From Malacoraja senta (Eukaryota): a DNA stretch of 64,000 nucleotides. The notes beneath the pieces were generated by a model that was not told the DNA's origin, made no database searches, and saw nothing but the letters and a program-made list of their open reading frames with translations. Shown here one piece after another: positions 37,755-49,655 of this stretch (position 1 is its first letter; every line of letters starts with the position of its first letter). The position numbers and the translations under genes were made by a program. Location: positions 146,692,001-146,756,000 of the forward strand of contig CM075978.1 of the NCBI GenBank assembly GCA_038087875.1, given 5' to 3'.

Positions 37755-38461
37755 TTTGCTTATTTGCTTATTATTAGCATCAGCATGTTTTAAATCTATG
37801 TCATGTCTGAATACATTATCATTTTTTCAATCATCTCTGGTCAACTAATGCAGTCTGCGGCATGAAATCACAGAGCTTTGAAATCTTCACGTAGTCATTC
37901 ACGTGACTCCGAAGTAAAATAGGAAGATTAAACGAGAACTAACCAGTTTGAAGTTTGATCTTTATTTTATGAGGAGTTACGATGAGGGATTACGTGCCCT
38001 CCGCTCCCAACCCTCTTCTCATAAAGGTCGTGGTAGTTCTAGTTTCTCGAATCTTCCTATAATCAGTTCAACAACTGTTATCTGTGATTTCACACCGCTG
38101 CTTTGAAGGTTGACGCGCATGCGGGCTGGCGGGCTTCTTCACGTAATCCCTCATCGTAACTCCTCATAAAATAAAGATCAAACTTCAAACTGGTAAATTC
38201 TCATTTAATCTTCCTATTAAACTCCATTTACCTTTTCTCAGCCCAAAATTGCCAACTGATCTGTATCCTGCTGCATCTTTTGATAACCAACCTCACTATC
38301 GACAACTCCACTAACGTTCACTTCCTTTGTAAACTTGCTAATCATACCACTTATTTAATTATTAATATCATTAATATAAATTGCAAAAAAAACAGAGGTC
38401 CCAGCCCTTATCTTTCCAGAATATCTGAACACCTCTAATCAGAAAAAAAACCCTGTATACC

Positions 38462-39527
38462 TGTGGAAGAAATTAATTTAGAGGGAAATAAAATAAAACC
38501 CCAAAAGTTACAGACTTCGCAGGTTTTAGATTTCCGCGGAAAATGTCTTATAATATTCTAGTCACAATTTGCGCCCACCGGTTTTACTCCATCTGCAAAC
38601 CTCGAAGTCACCTTTCAATTTCTGTAGTGCACTTTACCGCACCTACTTCAATTTATCCTCTACGCCCAGCGTAAATAAATTTATCTTCCCCGCATCTTGC
38701 CTCAACCCTATCTTGGCTCAACCCTATCTTGGCCTCAATCTTGGCTCAGCGTGAGTCACTGGCCAGTAAGCTAGGTTGCCCAGGGGCTCTCCCTTCTCTG
38801 GGAAGCCCTCCCGTCCCCATTTCAGTTAAGACTATTTTATCATTCCCTTTTATTTCCCCCTATATTCATTGAAATCCAGTTACAATTGGGATCCTGCCAA
38901 CTACGCCAAACTCTGTGGACAAAATTAATTTAGAGGGAAATAAAAGGAAAAACGAAAAGTTACAGACTTCGCAGGTTTGCTTCAAGAGACTTTATTGCAT
39001 GATATCATGGAGAGATGGCGGCAGAAAACTGCTCACCAGTTCTCTGACTTCCAAACAGAATTAGCCAACAGTTATACTGTTAAGTAAATAACTTTTGTTT
39101 ACTTTTGTTAGATACTATTCTACAAAAACATTCTATCACCACATGGGTTCCAATTATTTCATTAGTCATAACATACTGTTCGCATAACATACCACATCAC
39201 CATCCCCATTCTAAGCCGATCATAAGCCTCCCTTTTTCTGCAACATATCTATGCTACTAGCGGTAGGGGGCGCGGGTGATCCACTGTAACTTCTCAGAAA
39301 TGTAAACAAGCTTTGTTATCTCCTCCTATTTCATGTTTACATTTACCATCCACAATTCGTCACATTTCCAGACTGGAGGTAATGCGTATATTCTTACTTT
39401 GTTGATTCTCACGAACTTCTTCTGCACCTGGTCAAGCGAGAGCTGCCAATTGTCACATCCAAAACACCCTTTTGTTACCTTGTTCAATTCCAATTAAATA
39501 AAGAAGGATATTAATTTTTCTTCCACA
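38462..39527 (-). mobile_element. Internally deleted LTR retroelement/ERV: 5' LTR (39527-38914), PBS, leader, last 65 bp of the 3' LTR (38526-38462)
   Basis: TG...CA termini with 11-bp inverted repeat tgtggaagaaa/tttcttccaca. 5-bp TSD ATACC (38457-38461, 39528-39532). AATAAA on - at 38991-38996. Confidence 0.88.
38891..38908 (-). other. Primer-binding site complementary to the tRNA-Ser 3' end
   Basis: Minus strand TGGCGTAGTTGGCAGGAT versus the vertebrate tRNA-Ser(AGA) complement TGGCGTAGTCGGCAGGAT (1 change). Lies 5 nt from the LTR end. Confidence 0.85.
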
Positions 39528-39704
39528 ATACCAATACCCTCCGTGTTCTATGACCAAGCCAATTTTTAATCCAATTTACCAACTCTCCATGGAGCTCATG
39601 TGACATAATCTTCTGGAGCAGCTTCTCAAATGACCACTGAAGTTATCCTGTGTTGCTTTCAGCCTGATGTCAGACTACAGTTACCCCTCCATCCTTTGCA
39701 CCTT

Positions 39705-39895
39705 TAAGATGGTTTAAGTTGAGAGGATGGAAGATTTAATAGGAATCCGAGAGGCAACTGTTTCACAAAGTGGGTGATGGGTATATGGAACGAGTTACCA
39801 GGGGAGGTAGTTGAGGCAGGTACTAAAATGGCATTTAGAAGACATTTGGACAGGTGCATGAATAGGAAAGTTTTAGAGGGATATAGGCCAAATAG
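39705..39895 (+). mobile_element. CR1 3' fragment
   Basis: 'agatttaataggaatccgagaggcaac...gtatatggaacgagttaccagg'. Confidence 0.75.
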
Positions 39896-40533
39896 AGTTA
39901 TAGAGTGATACATTGTGGAAACAGGCCCTTTGGCCCAATTCCCACACACCGGCCAACAATGTCCCAGCTACACTAGTCCCACTTGCTTGCGCTTGGTTCA
40001 TATTCCTCCAAACCTGCCTATCCATGTGCCTGTCTAACAGTTTCTTAAAAGATAGGACAGCCCCAGCCTCAACTACCTCTTCTAGCAGCTTATTCCATAC
40101 ACCCACCAACCTTTGTGTGAAAAAGTTACTCTTCCGATTCCTATTAAATCTTTTCCCCTTCACCTTGAACCTATGTCCTCTGGTCCTCGATTCCCCTACT
40201 CTGGGCAAAAGACTCTGCACATCTACCCAATCTATTCCTCTCATGATCTTATACACCTCTATAAGATCACCCGTTATCCTCCTGCGCTCCTTGAAATAGA
40301 GACCCAGCCTACTCAATCTCTCCTTATAGCTCACACCCTCTAGTCCTGTCAACATCCTCATAAATCTTTTCTGAACCCTTTCAAGCTTGACAATATATTT
40401 CCTATAACAAGGTGCCCAGAACTGAACACAATATTCTAAATGAGGTCTCACCAACGTCTTATACAACTGCAACATGACTTCCCAACTTCTATACTCAATA
40501 CTCTGACTGATGAAGGCCAAAGTGCCAAAAGCC

Positions 40534-43009
40534 TTTTTTTTAAATTATTTTTATTAGAAGTACGGTAAATTACAGTAATACACAACACTTATATCTTAAT
40601 ACATTTTTTATACCCCTTCATTTTTTTGAGCTTTAAGAGAAAGATAGAAGAAAAGTAAAGAAAGTGCACAAGAGTCGTGAAGTGCAAGAGAGTGTTGTGA
40701 AAAGAAAGCCCCTTAGAAAAGAAGTTAGAGAAGGAAGTAAAGTAAGAAAGTAGATCCTAGAAAAGAAAGAAAAATAAAGTAGGAACAATCGCAGAAAGGG
40801 AACCACCAACCAAGTCTGTTTTTATTGTTTTACCTCCCATTACCAGGTCCTGATACCATTTCTTTATTTATTTTTTTTTTTTTTTAATTACTATTGCACC
40901 TCATGCTTGTAATAGGTCCAGAAACGTAGACCACGTCTTTTGGAATTGGTCTGCTTTACCTGCTAAGAGGAATCTCATCTCTTCCAGATGTAATGTTTCC
41001 AACATATTTGATGTCCACATTTTTATTGTTGGTGTGGGCGCATTTTTCAAGAATTTAAGTATGAGCTTTTTTCCCATTATTAGCCCGTAATTGAATAAGT
41101 TCTTCTGATACACGTTTAATTCAGGGATACCTTCCGATATTCCAAAAATGATCCATTCTGGTTTTGGTACCAGTTTTATTTTAATTAATTTTGAGAAAAT
41201 ATCAAATATTTCATACCAGAATTTTTGGATTTTTGTACAAAAAACAAAAGAATGCGCTATGGTAGCTTCTTGACATAGACATTTATCACAGATTGGTGAA
41301 ACATTAGGAAAGATTTTATTTAATTTAGTTTTTGAATAATATAGTCTATGTAATGTTTTGAATTGGATGAGCGTATGTCGTACGTTGATCGAACATTTAT
41401 GCACCTGTAGTAAATGGTTATCCCAGCTCTCTTTTGAAATTTTCATAGCTAATTCTTGTTCCCAGTCTCTTCTAATTCCATCTGTTGTGGGTATTTCTAT
41501 GTTTAAAATGATATTATATAAGTACGATATTAGATTAGCTGATTCTGCCTTTGTCTTCATTGCTTCATCTAGTAAGTCGGAAGGCATATTATGATAGTCT
41601 TTTGTGTATTTTTTCAGGTAATCACGAATTTGTAGATATTTAAAATATTGATTATTTTTCAAATTATATTTCAGTTGTAGTTGTTGAAATGATAGTAATT
41701 TTCCCAATTCATACAGATCTTCGAGCGTTTTGATTCCCATTCTTTCCCATTGTATAAATGATTTGTCTATGGTTGAAGGTTTAAACGATGGGTTATTAAC
41801 TATTGGTATTGAGAGAGATAGGTTTCTTAATTTTAGATTCTGTTTTATTTGTTTCCATGTTCTAATTGTGCTATTTATAATTGGGTTTTTATTATAATTT
41901 TTATTATTCAAATTTATTGGAGAGAGAATAATCGCTCCTATATTACTCGGGGAACAGTCCCCTTTTTCCATTATAATCCAGTCCGCCTGCTGGGCAGAAT
42001 TGTCCAGCAGGTGAATCATATTTTTAATATTTACTGCCCAATTATAATACATAAAGTTAGGGAGCACGAGACCCCCCAACTCTTTTCGTTTATTAAGGTG
42101 TGCTCTTTGTATTCTATGGGATTTATAATCCCATATAAAATTTGTAATGTCTGAGTCCAATTTTTTGAAAAACTTTTTTGGGAGATATATAGGTATTGAT
42201 TGAAATAGGTATAGGATTTGTGGTAAGAAAATCATTTTTATAGCATTTATTCTGCCTATTAAGGACATCGGAAGTGTTTTCCAGAATTTAATCATATTAT
42301 TTAGTTTCTTAAATAAGGGATTATAATTGGCTTTAAACATATCCTGGTAATTTCTAGTAATTTCAATTCCCAAATATTTGAATTTTTCTGTAGCTATTTT
42401 AAAGGGGAATTTCCTGAGGTGTGTTGAGTCTTTTGGTTTTATCGACATAATTTCACTTTTGTTCCAGTTTATTCTATATCCTGAGAAGGATCCAAAGTCC
42501 TCAATTAAATTTAATATATTTGGTATACTAATTTGTGGTTTTGTGATGTACAATAGTACATCATCGGCATATAGGGATATTTTGTTATTTGAATATTTTG
42601 TATTATAACCGTGTGTTCTTATTTTTTCAGCAAGGGGTTCAATTACTAAAGCAAATAACAGCGGTGATAATGAACATCCTTGTCTATTGCCCCTTGATAG
42701 TTCAAATTTCGAGGATAATATATTATTAGTTAGTATTCTAGCCGTAGGTTTGTTATATAATAGTTTTATCCATGCAATGAAGTTCTCTCCCAATTGGAAT
42801 TTTTGCAATACTTTAATCATATAGTCCCATTCTACTTGATCAAACGCTTTTTCTGCGTCCAATGAGATGATAGATAACTCTTGGTCCTGAGATTTATGTG
42901 AGTGCATTATGTTAAGCAAACGTCTCAAATTATTAAATGAATGTCTCTTAGGTATAAATCCTGTTTGATCCTCATTTATTAGTCTACTAACATACCTGCT
43001 TAGTCTACT
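40534..43009 (-). mobile_element. 5'-truncated L1-clade LINE, young
   Basis: 14-bp TSD ccaaaagccttttt (40525-40538 / 43010-43023). Poly(A) tail. TTTT/GA target site. Uninterrupted ORF2. Confidence 0.93.
40901..43009 (-). CDS. L1 ORF2 partial: RT plus C-terminal cysteine-rich domain; 5'-truncated, so no native start
   Basis: 675-aa ORF with SLDAEKAFD, RGNRQGCSLSPLLF, YADD, SGYRINWNKS, KYLG, GGLVLP and C..C....TIAH...C. The frame continues upstream (EDQTGFIPKR). Confidence 0.9.
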   Translation of the reverse strand, partial: SRLSRYVSRLINEDQTGFIPKRHSFNNLRRLLNIMHSHKSQDQELSIISLDAEKAFDQVEWDYMIKVLQKFQLGENFIAWIKLLYNKPTARILTNNILSSKFELSRGNRQGCSLSPLLFALVIEPLAEKIRTHGYNTKYSNNKISLYADDVLLYITKPQISIPNILNLIEDFGSFSGYRINWNKSEIMSIKPKDSTHLRKFPFKIATEKFKYLGIEITRNYQDMFKANYNPLFKKLNNMIKFWKTLPMSLIGRINAIKMIFLPQILYLFQSIPIYLPKKFFKKLDSDITNFIWDYKSHRIQRAHLNKRKELGGLVLPNFMYYNWAVNIKNMIHLLDNSAQQADWIIMEKGDCSPSNIGAIILSPINLNNKNYNKNPIINSTIRTWKQIKQNLKLRNLSLSIPIVNNPSFKPSTIDKSFIQWERMGIKTLEDLYELGKLLSFQQLQLKYNLKNNQYFKYLQIRDYLKKYTKDYHNMPSDLLDEAMKTKAESANLISYLYNIILNIEIPTTDGIRRDWEQELAMKISKESWDNHLLQVHKCSINVRHTLIQFKTLHRLYYSKTKLNKIFPNVSPICDKCLCQEATIAHSFVFCTKIQKFWYEIFDIFSKLIKIKLVPKPEWIIFGISEGIPELNVYQKNLFNYGLIMGKKLILKFLKNAPTPTIKMWTSNMLETLHLEEMRFLLAGKADQFQKTWSTFLDLLQA

Positions 43010-45879
43010 CCAAAAGCCTTTTTGACCCTCTTATCTACCTGCGACTCAACCTTCAAGGAACCATGCACCTGTACTCCTAGATCCCTCTGCTCTACAACAC
43101 CACCCAGAGGCCTACGATTTACTGTGTAGGTCCTGTCCTTGTTCGATGTCCCACCTCACACCTCACGTAACACCTCACACTTCTCTGTATTAAATTCCAT
43201 CAACCATTCCTCCGCCCATCTGGCCAATCGATCCAGATCCTGCTGCAATTGTTCACAACCATCTTCACTATCTGCAAAACCACTAACTTTTGTATCATCA
43301 GCAAACTTGCTAATCTTGCCCTGTATGTTCTCATCCAAATCATTGATGTAGATGACAAACAATAACGGGCCCAGCACCGAACCCTGAGGCACACCACAAG
43401 TCACAAGCATCCAGTCTGAGAAGCAACCTTCCACCATTACCCTCTGCTTCCTTCCCTGGAGCCAATTGGCTATTCATTCAGCTATCTCCTTGGATCACAT
43501 GCGATTTAACCTTCCAGAGCAGCCTTCTATGCAGAATCTTGTTGAACGCCTTACTGAAGTCCATGTACACAACATCTACAGCTCTGCCTTCATCAACCTT
43601 TCTGGTCACACCTTCAAAAAAATCAATCAGTTTTGTGAGACACGACCTCCCACGTACAAAACCATGCTGACTATCCTTAATCAGCCCTTGCCCATCCACA
43701 TGCCCATATATCCTATCCCTCAGAATAATCTCCAGTAACTTACCAACTACAGATGTTAAGCTGTGGGCAGGTCAGACAAGCAACATCTTGGTTGGCATGG
43801 GCAAGTTGTCAGATTGGCCTGTTTCCATGTTGGATGACACTCTGACTATGACCCTATAACATCAGCCCTCATAGGCAGCTTCTCCACATTGTACCTTGGG
43901 GATCCATTATTGCACTCATGCCAGGTGCCTGGCACCCAGGTTTCAAGTAAAGCAGCTATCAGCAACAAGAGGGCTAGAATTTGAGCTGATTTCCAGGCAC
44001 AGAGTGCTGCCAATAGCACCTCTTACTGTATATGAACATTACAGAGCTCATTAGTGGTCTTGTTCCTGGACACTAAGTGAGGTTTGTCTAAAACCTTGGG
44101 CTGTAAGTAATTGTAAGTAACTGCTTTCCATTTTGTCAATGGAAGTTCAATATGTGAGCCATCTGCTATAGTTATAGTCGTGATATCTCATTAGGCCTAA
44201 ACTTTACCTCAAGAAAACTAAATAGAAATGGTTTATGGAGTCCAGAAGTAGAATTTCTTTTCGGTAGAGTAAGCACAGCCTGGCATTAAAGCCAAAGATA
44301 GACACAAAAAGCTGGAGTAACTCAGCAGGTCAGGCTGCATCTCTGGAGAAAATAAATAGGTGATGTTTCGGGTCGGAACCCTTCTTCATACTGATAGGTA
44401 GAGAAGATCAGAACAAAACAGGGCCGACAACAGATGACCTCAGGAAATGGCACTAAAGCCTCTATTTTACTTTAGTTTCACGGCATGGAGCTTTCAAACA
44501 AAGTTTGTTTGTTTAAAATATGTATTTCTGTGGAAGGAAGAAGGAGCTCAAAACAAGTGAGATATTGGATGAATCATCAAGCAATTTAAATAATACAAAT
44601 GTAAATCAGCATGTGATTGAAGGTGGAAATGAAAAGGGACAGAATGTGAGGTAGAACTGATCAAATTGAATAATGTGACAAAGGAAATATTTTAGCGATT
44701 TTTTTTGAAACAGGAATTCAGGCAGCCAGTTAATTTTTTTTAAATCATGAGAGAAAGAATTTCCAAGATTGTGAAGGAAATAATGAGGAAGAAGGACATA
44801 GAATAAGAGAAAAATATAACGAATGAAAAATATACCACAAAATCATGGTCATATGAAAATAGCCATAAAAAGGTGCAAGCCAGTGAATTTGTTTTATAAC
44901 ACAAAACAAGGTTAATTCAATATTAGAAAATAGCAATATGACATTCCTCTTTGACTTCAAGCTGTCATTTTTCACTCCCACTATTCACCAATCATTTTGA
45001 CAAATGAGACGTGGAAAAATAGCTTTTCAGCCTAATGGATAAGATATATTTAGTGCAATTGGAAAAATAAGAGCAGGCCTCAAATACCTGAAGGTCCAAG
45101 TGCAGTACAAATATATATTTGATTCTGTTTCAATATAAATAGTCATTATTTAAATCTAATTGGAATCATTGTACAGACGCATGTTTAATTTGCATGCTTA
45201 TATTATGTGGTAGCACAGAGCCTGATTTATAGTTAGAAAGAAATTATTTAAGCAATTTAATATTTCTTAAACATTTTCTGAGCTGCTGTACGTTGCAAAA
45301 GAAAACAGTAAAACCATCAGTCAAGCATAGGTTTTAAGCTGATACCTGACTAAACCAGTGTATTTTTTCTGTAACGGGCCAGGCTGTGAGATTCAGGTCA
45401 GTTTTGCTTTCAAAGGCCAGTCTCTGTGTTATTGATACTCCCACTGCTGCTGTGGGTAAGTAACTTGGTTTAACAAGTGCCAGACTGTAAACTATAAGTA
45501 CATTTTTAAATCAGAATGCAGCTTTGTATTTTTATAATGACTTCACTTCAATATATAAATAATTAAAAGGAAAGAATTTCACGTAGAAATCTTCAAATTC
45601 AATTTTTGAAGGGGCAATGAAATGTAAATGTATTGCTTATTTACAGAGCTCTTTTGAAAATCCCTGAATTATTGTATTAAGCAATAGAAAATCTATTGTT
45701 TTATATTTCTTCATGTTTTTCTTTGCTAATACTAGAGTGTACCTATTGATCTGACGGCAAAATGGAATAGACCAAACCAGGTCATGTTATTTGTATTCAT
45801 CTCTGCTCCACACTTTCCCATATCACCCCAATGTTTAGTGAACTGTTGTACAATGATGTGGAATTGAGCCTCAAAAACT

Positions 45880-46288
45880 GAGTAGTGTTACTGCCTCACA
45901 ACAGCAGAGATCCAGCTTCGATCCAGATTTCAGGTGCTGTCTGTGTGGAGTTTGTACTTTATCCCTGAGGCAGCGTCCCAAAAACGAGCAGGTGTTTAGG
46001 TTAATTGGCCTCAGAAAAATTGCTCCTAATGTGTAGGGAGTGGATGAGAACGTGGGATAACATGGAACTAGTATGTGTAGGAAGGAACTGCAGATGCTGG
46101 TTTATACTGAAGATAGACACAAAATGCTGGAGTAACACAGCGGGTCGGGCAGCATCTCTGGAGAAAAAGAATGGGTAACGTTTCGGGTCGGAACCCTTCT
46201 TCAGGCCCAGAACTAGAACTAATATGAACAGCTGATCGATGATCAGCGTGGACTCGGTGGGCCGAAGGGCCTGTTTCAATGCTGTTTC
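45880..46288 (+). mobile_element. HE1-type V-SINE with a nested Penelope-derived hammerhead repeat (about 46075-46210, -)
   Basis: SINE head and tail flank the insert, with a probable TSD gaactagtatg / gaactaatatg. Confidence 0.8.
46172..46209 (-). ncRNA. Minimal type-I hammerhead ribozyme motif (Penelope-type)
   Basis: Minus strand tgggc-CUGAAGA-A-GGGUU(cc)GACCC-GAAA-CG-UU^accca. Core intact; palindromic helix III; imperfect helix I. Activity untested. Confidence 0.6.
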
Positions 46289-46427
46289 TCTAAAGGTAAA
46301 ACTAAAATTAACAAGACTAATTTATACAAGGAACATGAACATCAATGGTGAGTTTTAGGAGAGTCATATCTAATTTTGTAACTTTTATAACTCTGTGAAG
46401 TTCTCAACGAATCTCAACAACTCATCA

Positions 46428-46582
46428 AGTCATAGAGTCATACAGTGTGGAAACAGGCCCTTCGGCCCAACTTGCCCACACCAACCAACATATCCCATCT
46501 ATATTAGTCCCACCTGCCAATGTTCGGCCCATATCCCTCTAAACCTGTCCTAGCCATGTACCTGTCTAATTGTTTCTTAAAC
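46428..46582 (-). mobile_element. CR1 3' end
   Basis: 'gtcatagagtcatacagtgtggaaacaggcccttcggccc...'. Confidence 0.8.
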
Positions 46583-48411
46583 TCTTTTTAAATATTTTTT
46601 CTTCCTCACCTATTAATCTCAATGATTAAAAATGTTATTAAAAAACAAGACATTTTTATCTGCTGTTTTCTACTGATCCCATTAACCACACCAACTTACT
46701 CACCTCATGCCTAGGCTTACCAAGTGTAGTGTGATCACATCACATTTCAAGAAGTGTGTACAGGGTGGCATTCAGCTGCCTTGCACCCTAGTCCCTATGG
46801 TGTAAAGGCAGCAATCTTACATTCAAATCAATCTTTCCCCCCCCAAAAAACTTCAATCTAACAAAGTCAGCTAGAATGTGGCATAAACAAGATATCCAGT
46901 GGAGTGTTTATAACACAATAAATCACTGAATCAAGTCTGCAGAAATCATTTACACCCAAGGATTATGAGTCACACACCCAACATTGTTGAATGGCTTCTT
47001 TTTCAGTAAATCACAAAGCCCTGCCACATGCCATTATTTATAATGTAAACTGGCAAATAACTAATAGCAAATTCAAGTTCGTAATTCAATCTTGGGCACT
47101 TTTGAGTTTCATATATTGCACAAACTTTGTCTTCGTGGTTTGTAACATGGGCGTTCAACTTAATTAATTTTTAATAACTCACCCTCTAGCTGTCTATTAT
47201 CTCCCTCATTCCCCTTCTACGAAAGCACTTTGCTTGTTTAAAACAGTTTTGCATTTATCTCTTTTAAAAGGCAAAAATGCTCACGCTCTTTATGTAAGGT
47301 TCACAAACTCTGCACAGGCACATCCATCGTGTACTCTAAGGATTGAATAAATGGTGTCAAATCAGTGGCTTTGCATTTGACCCCTCCAGCTTACATGTCG
47401 AGAATTGTACAGGAAGCACATAAGCATGGGATATCAACAGAAGAGACAATAGGCCCTCGTACATATTTCATTTTATCCTTCGGTTGTTTTGCGTACAGTA
47501 TCTGCAATGTTTCACATGGATGCAAAATTGGAATTTGGAGGTCAGCACAAAAATGACCCAGCATCAACCAAGTTGATGTATGAGGTTCCTTGCCTTACCC
47601 TCAGGAGACTGCCTCAACACAATTCAGAGACAACCAAATTGTTCCCAGCTTCCTGCACCAATTTTATCCCTTGTCTGATGAAAGTAGTTGAAGTGCTTTA
47701 TCATCCGTAGGTATCACATGACGCATTCCTTACTAACATTACAAGGGAAAGCGTCTTGAAGTGAAGTTTCTGCATTTTTTGTTTGTCTTATATTTAAAGC
47801 CACACCCAAAGCACTGAAAATCGTAAGCTGATATTTTAAGGGGACTGTGGCAGACTTCCTTCCATTCTCAGTACCTCAGGTGGGTGGAATCAAAGCAGGA
47901 TATCAAGCATTGGCGATGCTGCCACCTCTCTGCTGTTTTGCAAAACTTATGAGATATTTTACCAAAAATTAGATTACATAGAATTACTTAGATATTAGAC
48001 CACTTGGCCCAACCAGTCCATTCTCTGGTATGCATCCTCATGTCTCCCCGCACTTAAATCTATCACCATATCTGAACCATCCTATTAACTACTATAGAAT
48101 AGTCCTGACCTACCACCTACCTCATTGGAGACCCTTGGACTATCTTTAATTGGACTTTACTGGACCATATCTTGCACTAAACTTCATTCCCGTTAGCCTG
48201 TATCTGTACACTGTGGATGGCTTCATTATAATCTTTCTACTGACTGGATAGCATACACCAAAAAAGCTTTTCACTGTACACGTGACAATAAACTAAATGA
48301 AACAAAACTATTCACTTCTCTTTCCCCTTAAACGTATCAACACCATTTGCATCAACCATTTCCCACGACGGCAAGTTCCTATATTCTCACAACTCCTGGG
48401 GTAAAGACATT

Positions 48412-48655
48412 TCATAAGATCATGTAATAGGAGTAGAAATAGGCCATTTGGCCCATCAGGTCTACTCCGCCATTCAATCATGGCTGATATATAACTCCCT
48501 CCTAACACCATTCTCCTGCCTTCTCCCCATAACCTCTGACTCCCGTACTAATCAAGAATCTGTCTATCTCTGCCTTAAATATATCCACCGTCTTCGCCTC
48601 CACAGCATTCTGTGGCAAAGAATTCCACAGACACACCACCCTCTGACTAAAGATT
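48412..48655 (-). mobile_element. CR1 3' end
   Basis: 'aggccatttggcccatc...cattcaatcatggctgat...agaattccacag'. Confidence 0.8.
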
Positions 48656-49437
48656 TATTTCGATGGCCTGAAAAAAGCAAAACACTTCCTGAAATCAGCG
48701 GACCAGGCAGCATCTTGGGAGGGGGGGGGGGGGGGGTTTCTGGTCAGGACCCTTCTTCATATTTCTGATGGTCTTTATGATATACTCTTCTACAGAAGTG
48801 AAGACAATCTTTCCATATTCATTCCACGGAAACCTTTCATAATTTTCAAAACTTCTTTGGACACTCCTCAGCCTTCTTTCTTCAAGACAAAAGTCTTTTT
48901 CATCATTGGTGCATTTGTACTTTGCTATCTCATTGTTCCTCCACCTAATCAAGACTCATGCCTCACAAGTACTAAATGAACTCCCTATTATTTCTAGTAA
49001 AAAATATAGTATTGGAAAAATATACGGGATTAAAAGCTGAAAAAAGCTAGAACTAGTATTCTAGAGTTTTGAAAGAGATGACTAAGGAGGTCATGGATGG
49101 GCTAGTTGTCATCTTCCCAAAGTTCATAGATTTTAAGATGGGTCCAATAAATCGGGAGATAACTATTTACGAAAGGAGTGAGAAAACGGCATAGCATCAA
49201 TGAAAAGAGAAAGAGATTTGTATTTTTAGGTCAAAGGTTTTTCATCAGAACTGGAAAATTGAGAAAATAAGCTTGTTTTAAGTTGCAGATAGGGTGGGAG
49301 AGGAAAGTACAACTTTAAAAGAAATATCCCTCTTAACACGAGGTCAGACCTATGGTGGTGAAGAGCTATTATGTAACCATCTGGTTGAGAAGGTTAATGC
49401 GTGCAATAGAGGAAATGCAATGAAGGCTTAACAGAGT

Positions 49438-49655
49438 TATTTAGTTTAGTTTAGTTTAGAGATATAGCGTGGAAACAGGCCCTTTAGTCCACCAAGTCCA
49501 TGCCGACTAATGATCACCCATACACTAGTTCTATCTTACGCACTAGGGACAATTTACAGAAGACAATTAACCTACAAACCTGTACGTCTTTAGAATGTGG
49601 GAGGAAACCGGAGCACCCAAAGAAAACTCACGTGGTCACAGGAAGAACATACAGA
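49438..49655 (-). mobile_element. HE1-type V-SINE, partial
   Basis: (TAAAC)n tail and core match. Confidence 0.8.

Larger units (their letters stand above)
33393..38218 (+). mobile_element. Complete DIRS1-type tyrosine-recombinase retrotransposon with decayed ORFs
   Basis: Left ITR about 33420-33455 is inverted relative to about 38111-38146. ICR 37885-37996 is complementary to both element ends. RT, RNase H, methyltransferase-like and YR remnants occur in the expected order. Confidence 0.95.
39893..43765 (-). mobile_element. CR1 LINE (39893-40538 and 43010-43765) interrupted by an L1
   Basis: ORFs 39873..40520 (LVRPHLEYCVQFW), 43156..43437 (GVPQGSVLGP...KFADDTK) and 43478..43699 (SQHGF...DFSKAF). 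Confidence 0.92.

Noticed and set aside
38891-38908. tRNA-Ser gene fragment
   Set aside because: Only 18 nt including encoded CCA, adjacent to an LTR end, so it is a primer-binding site.
45395-45462. Possible host exon ending at a strong GTAAGT donor
   Set aside because: No convincing acceptor or recognisable peptide; cannot be supported without RNA-seq or homology.
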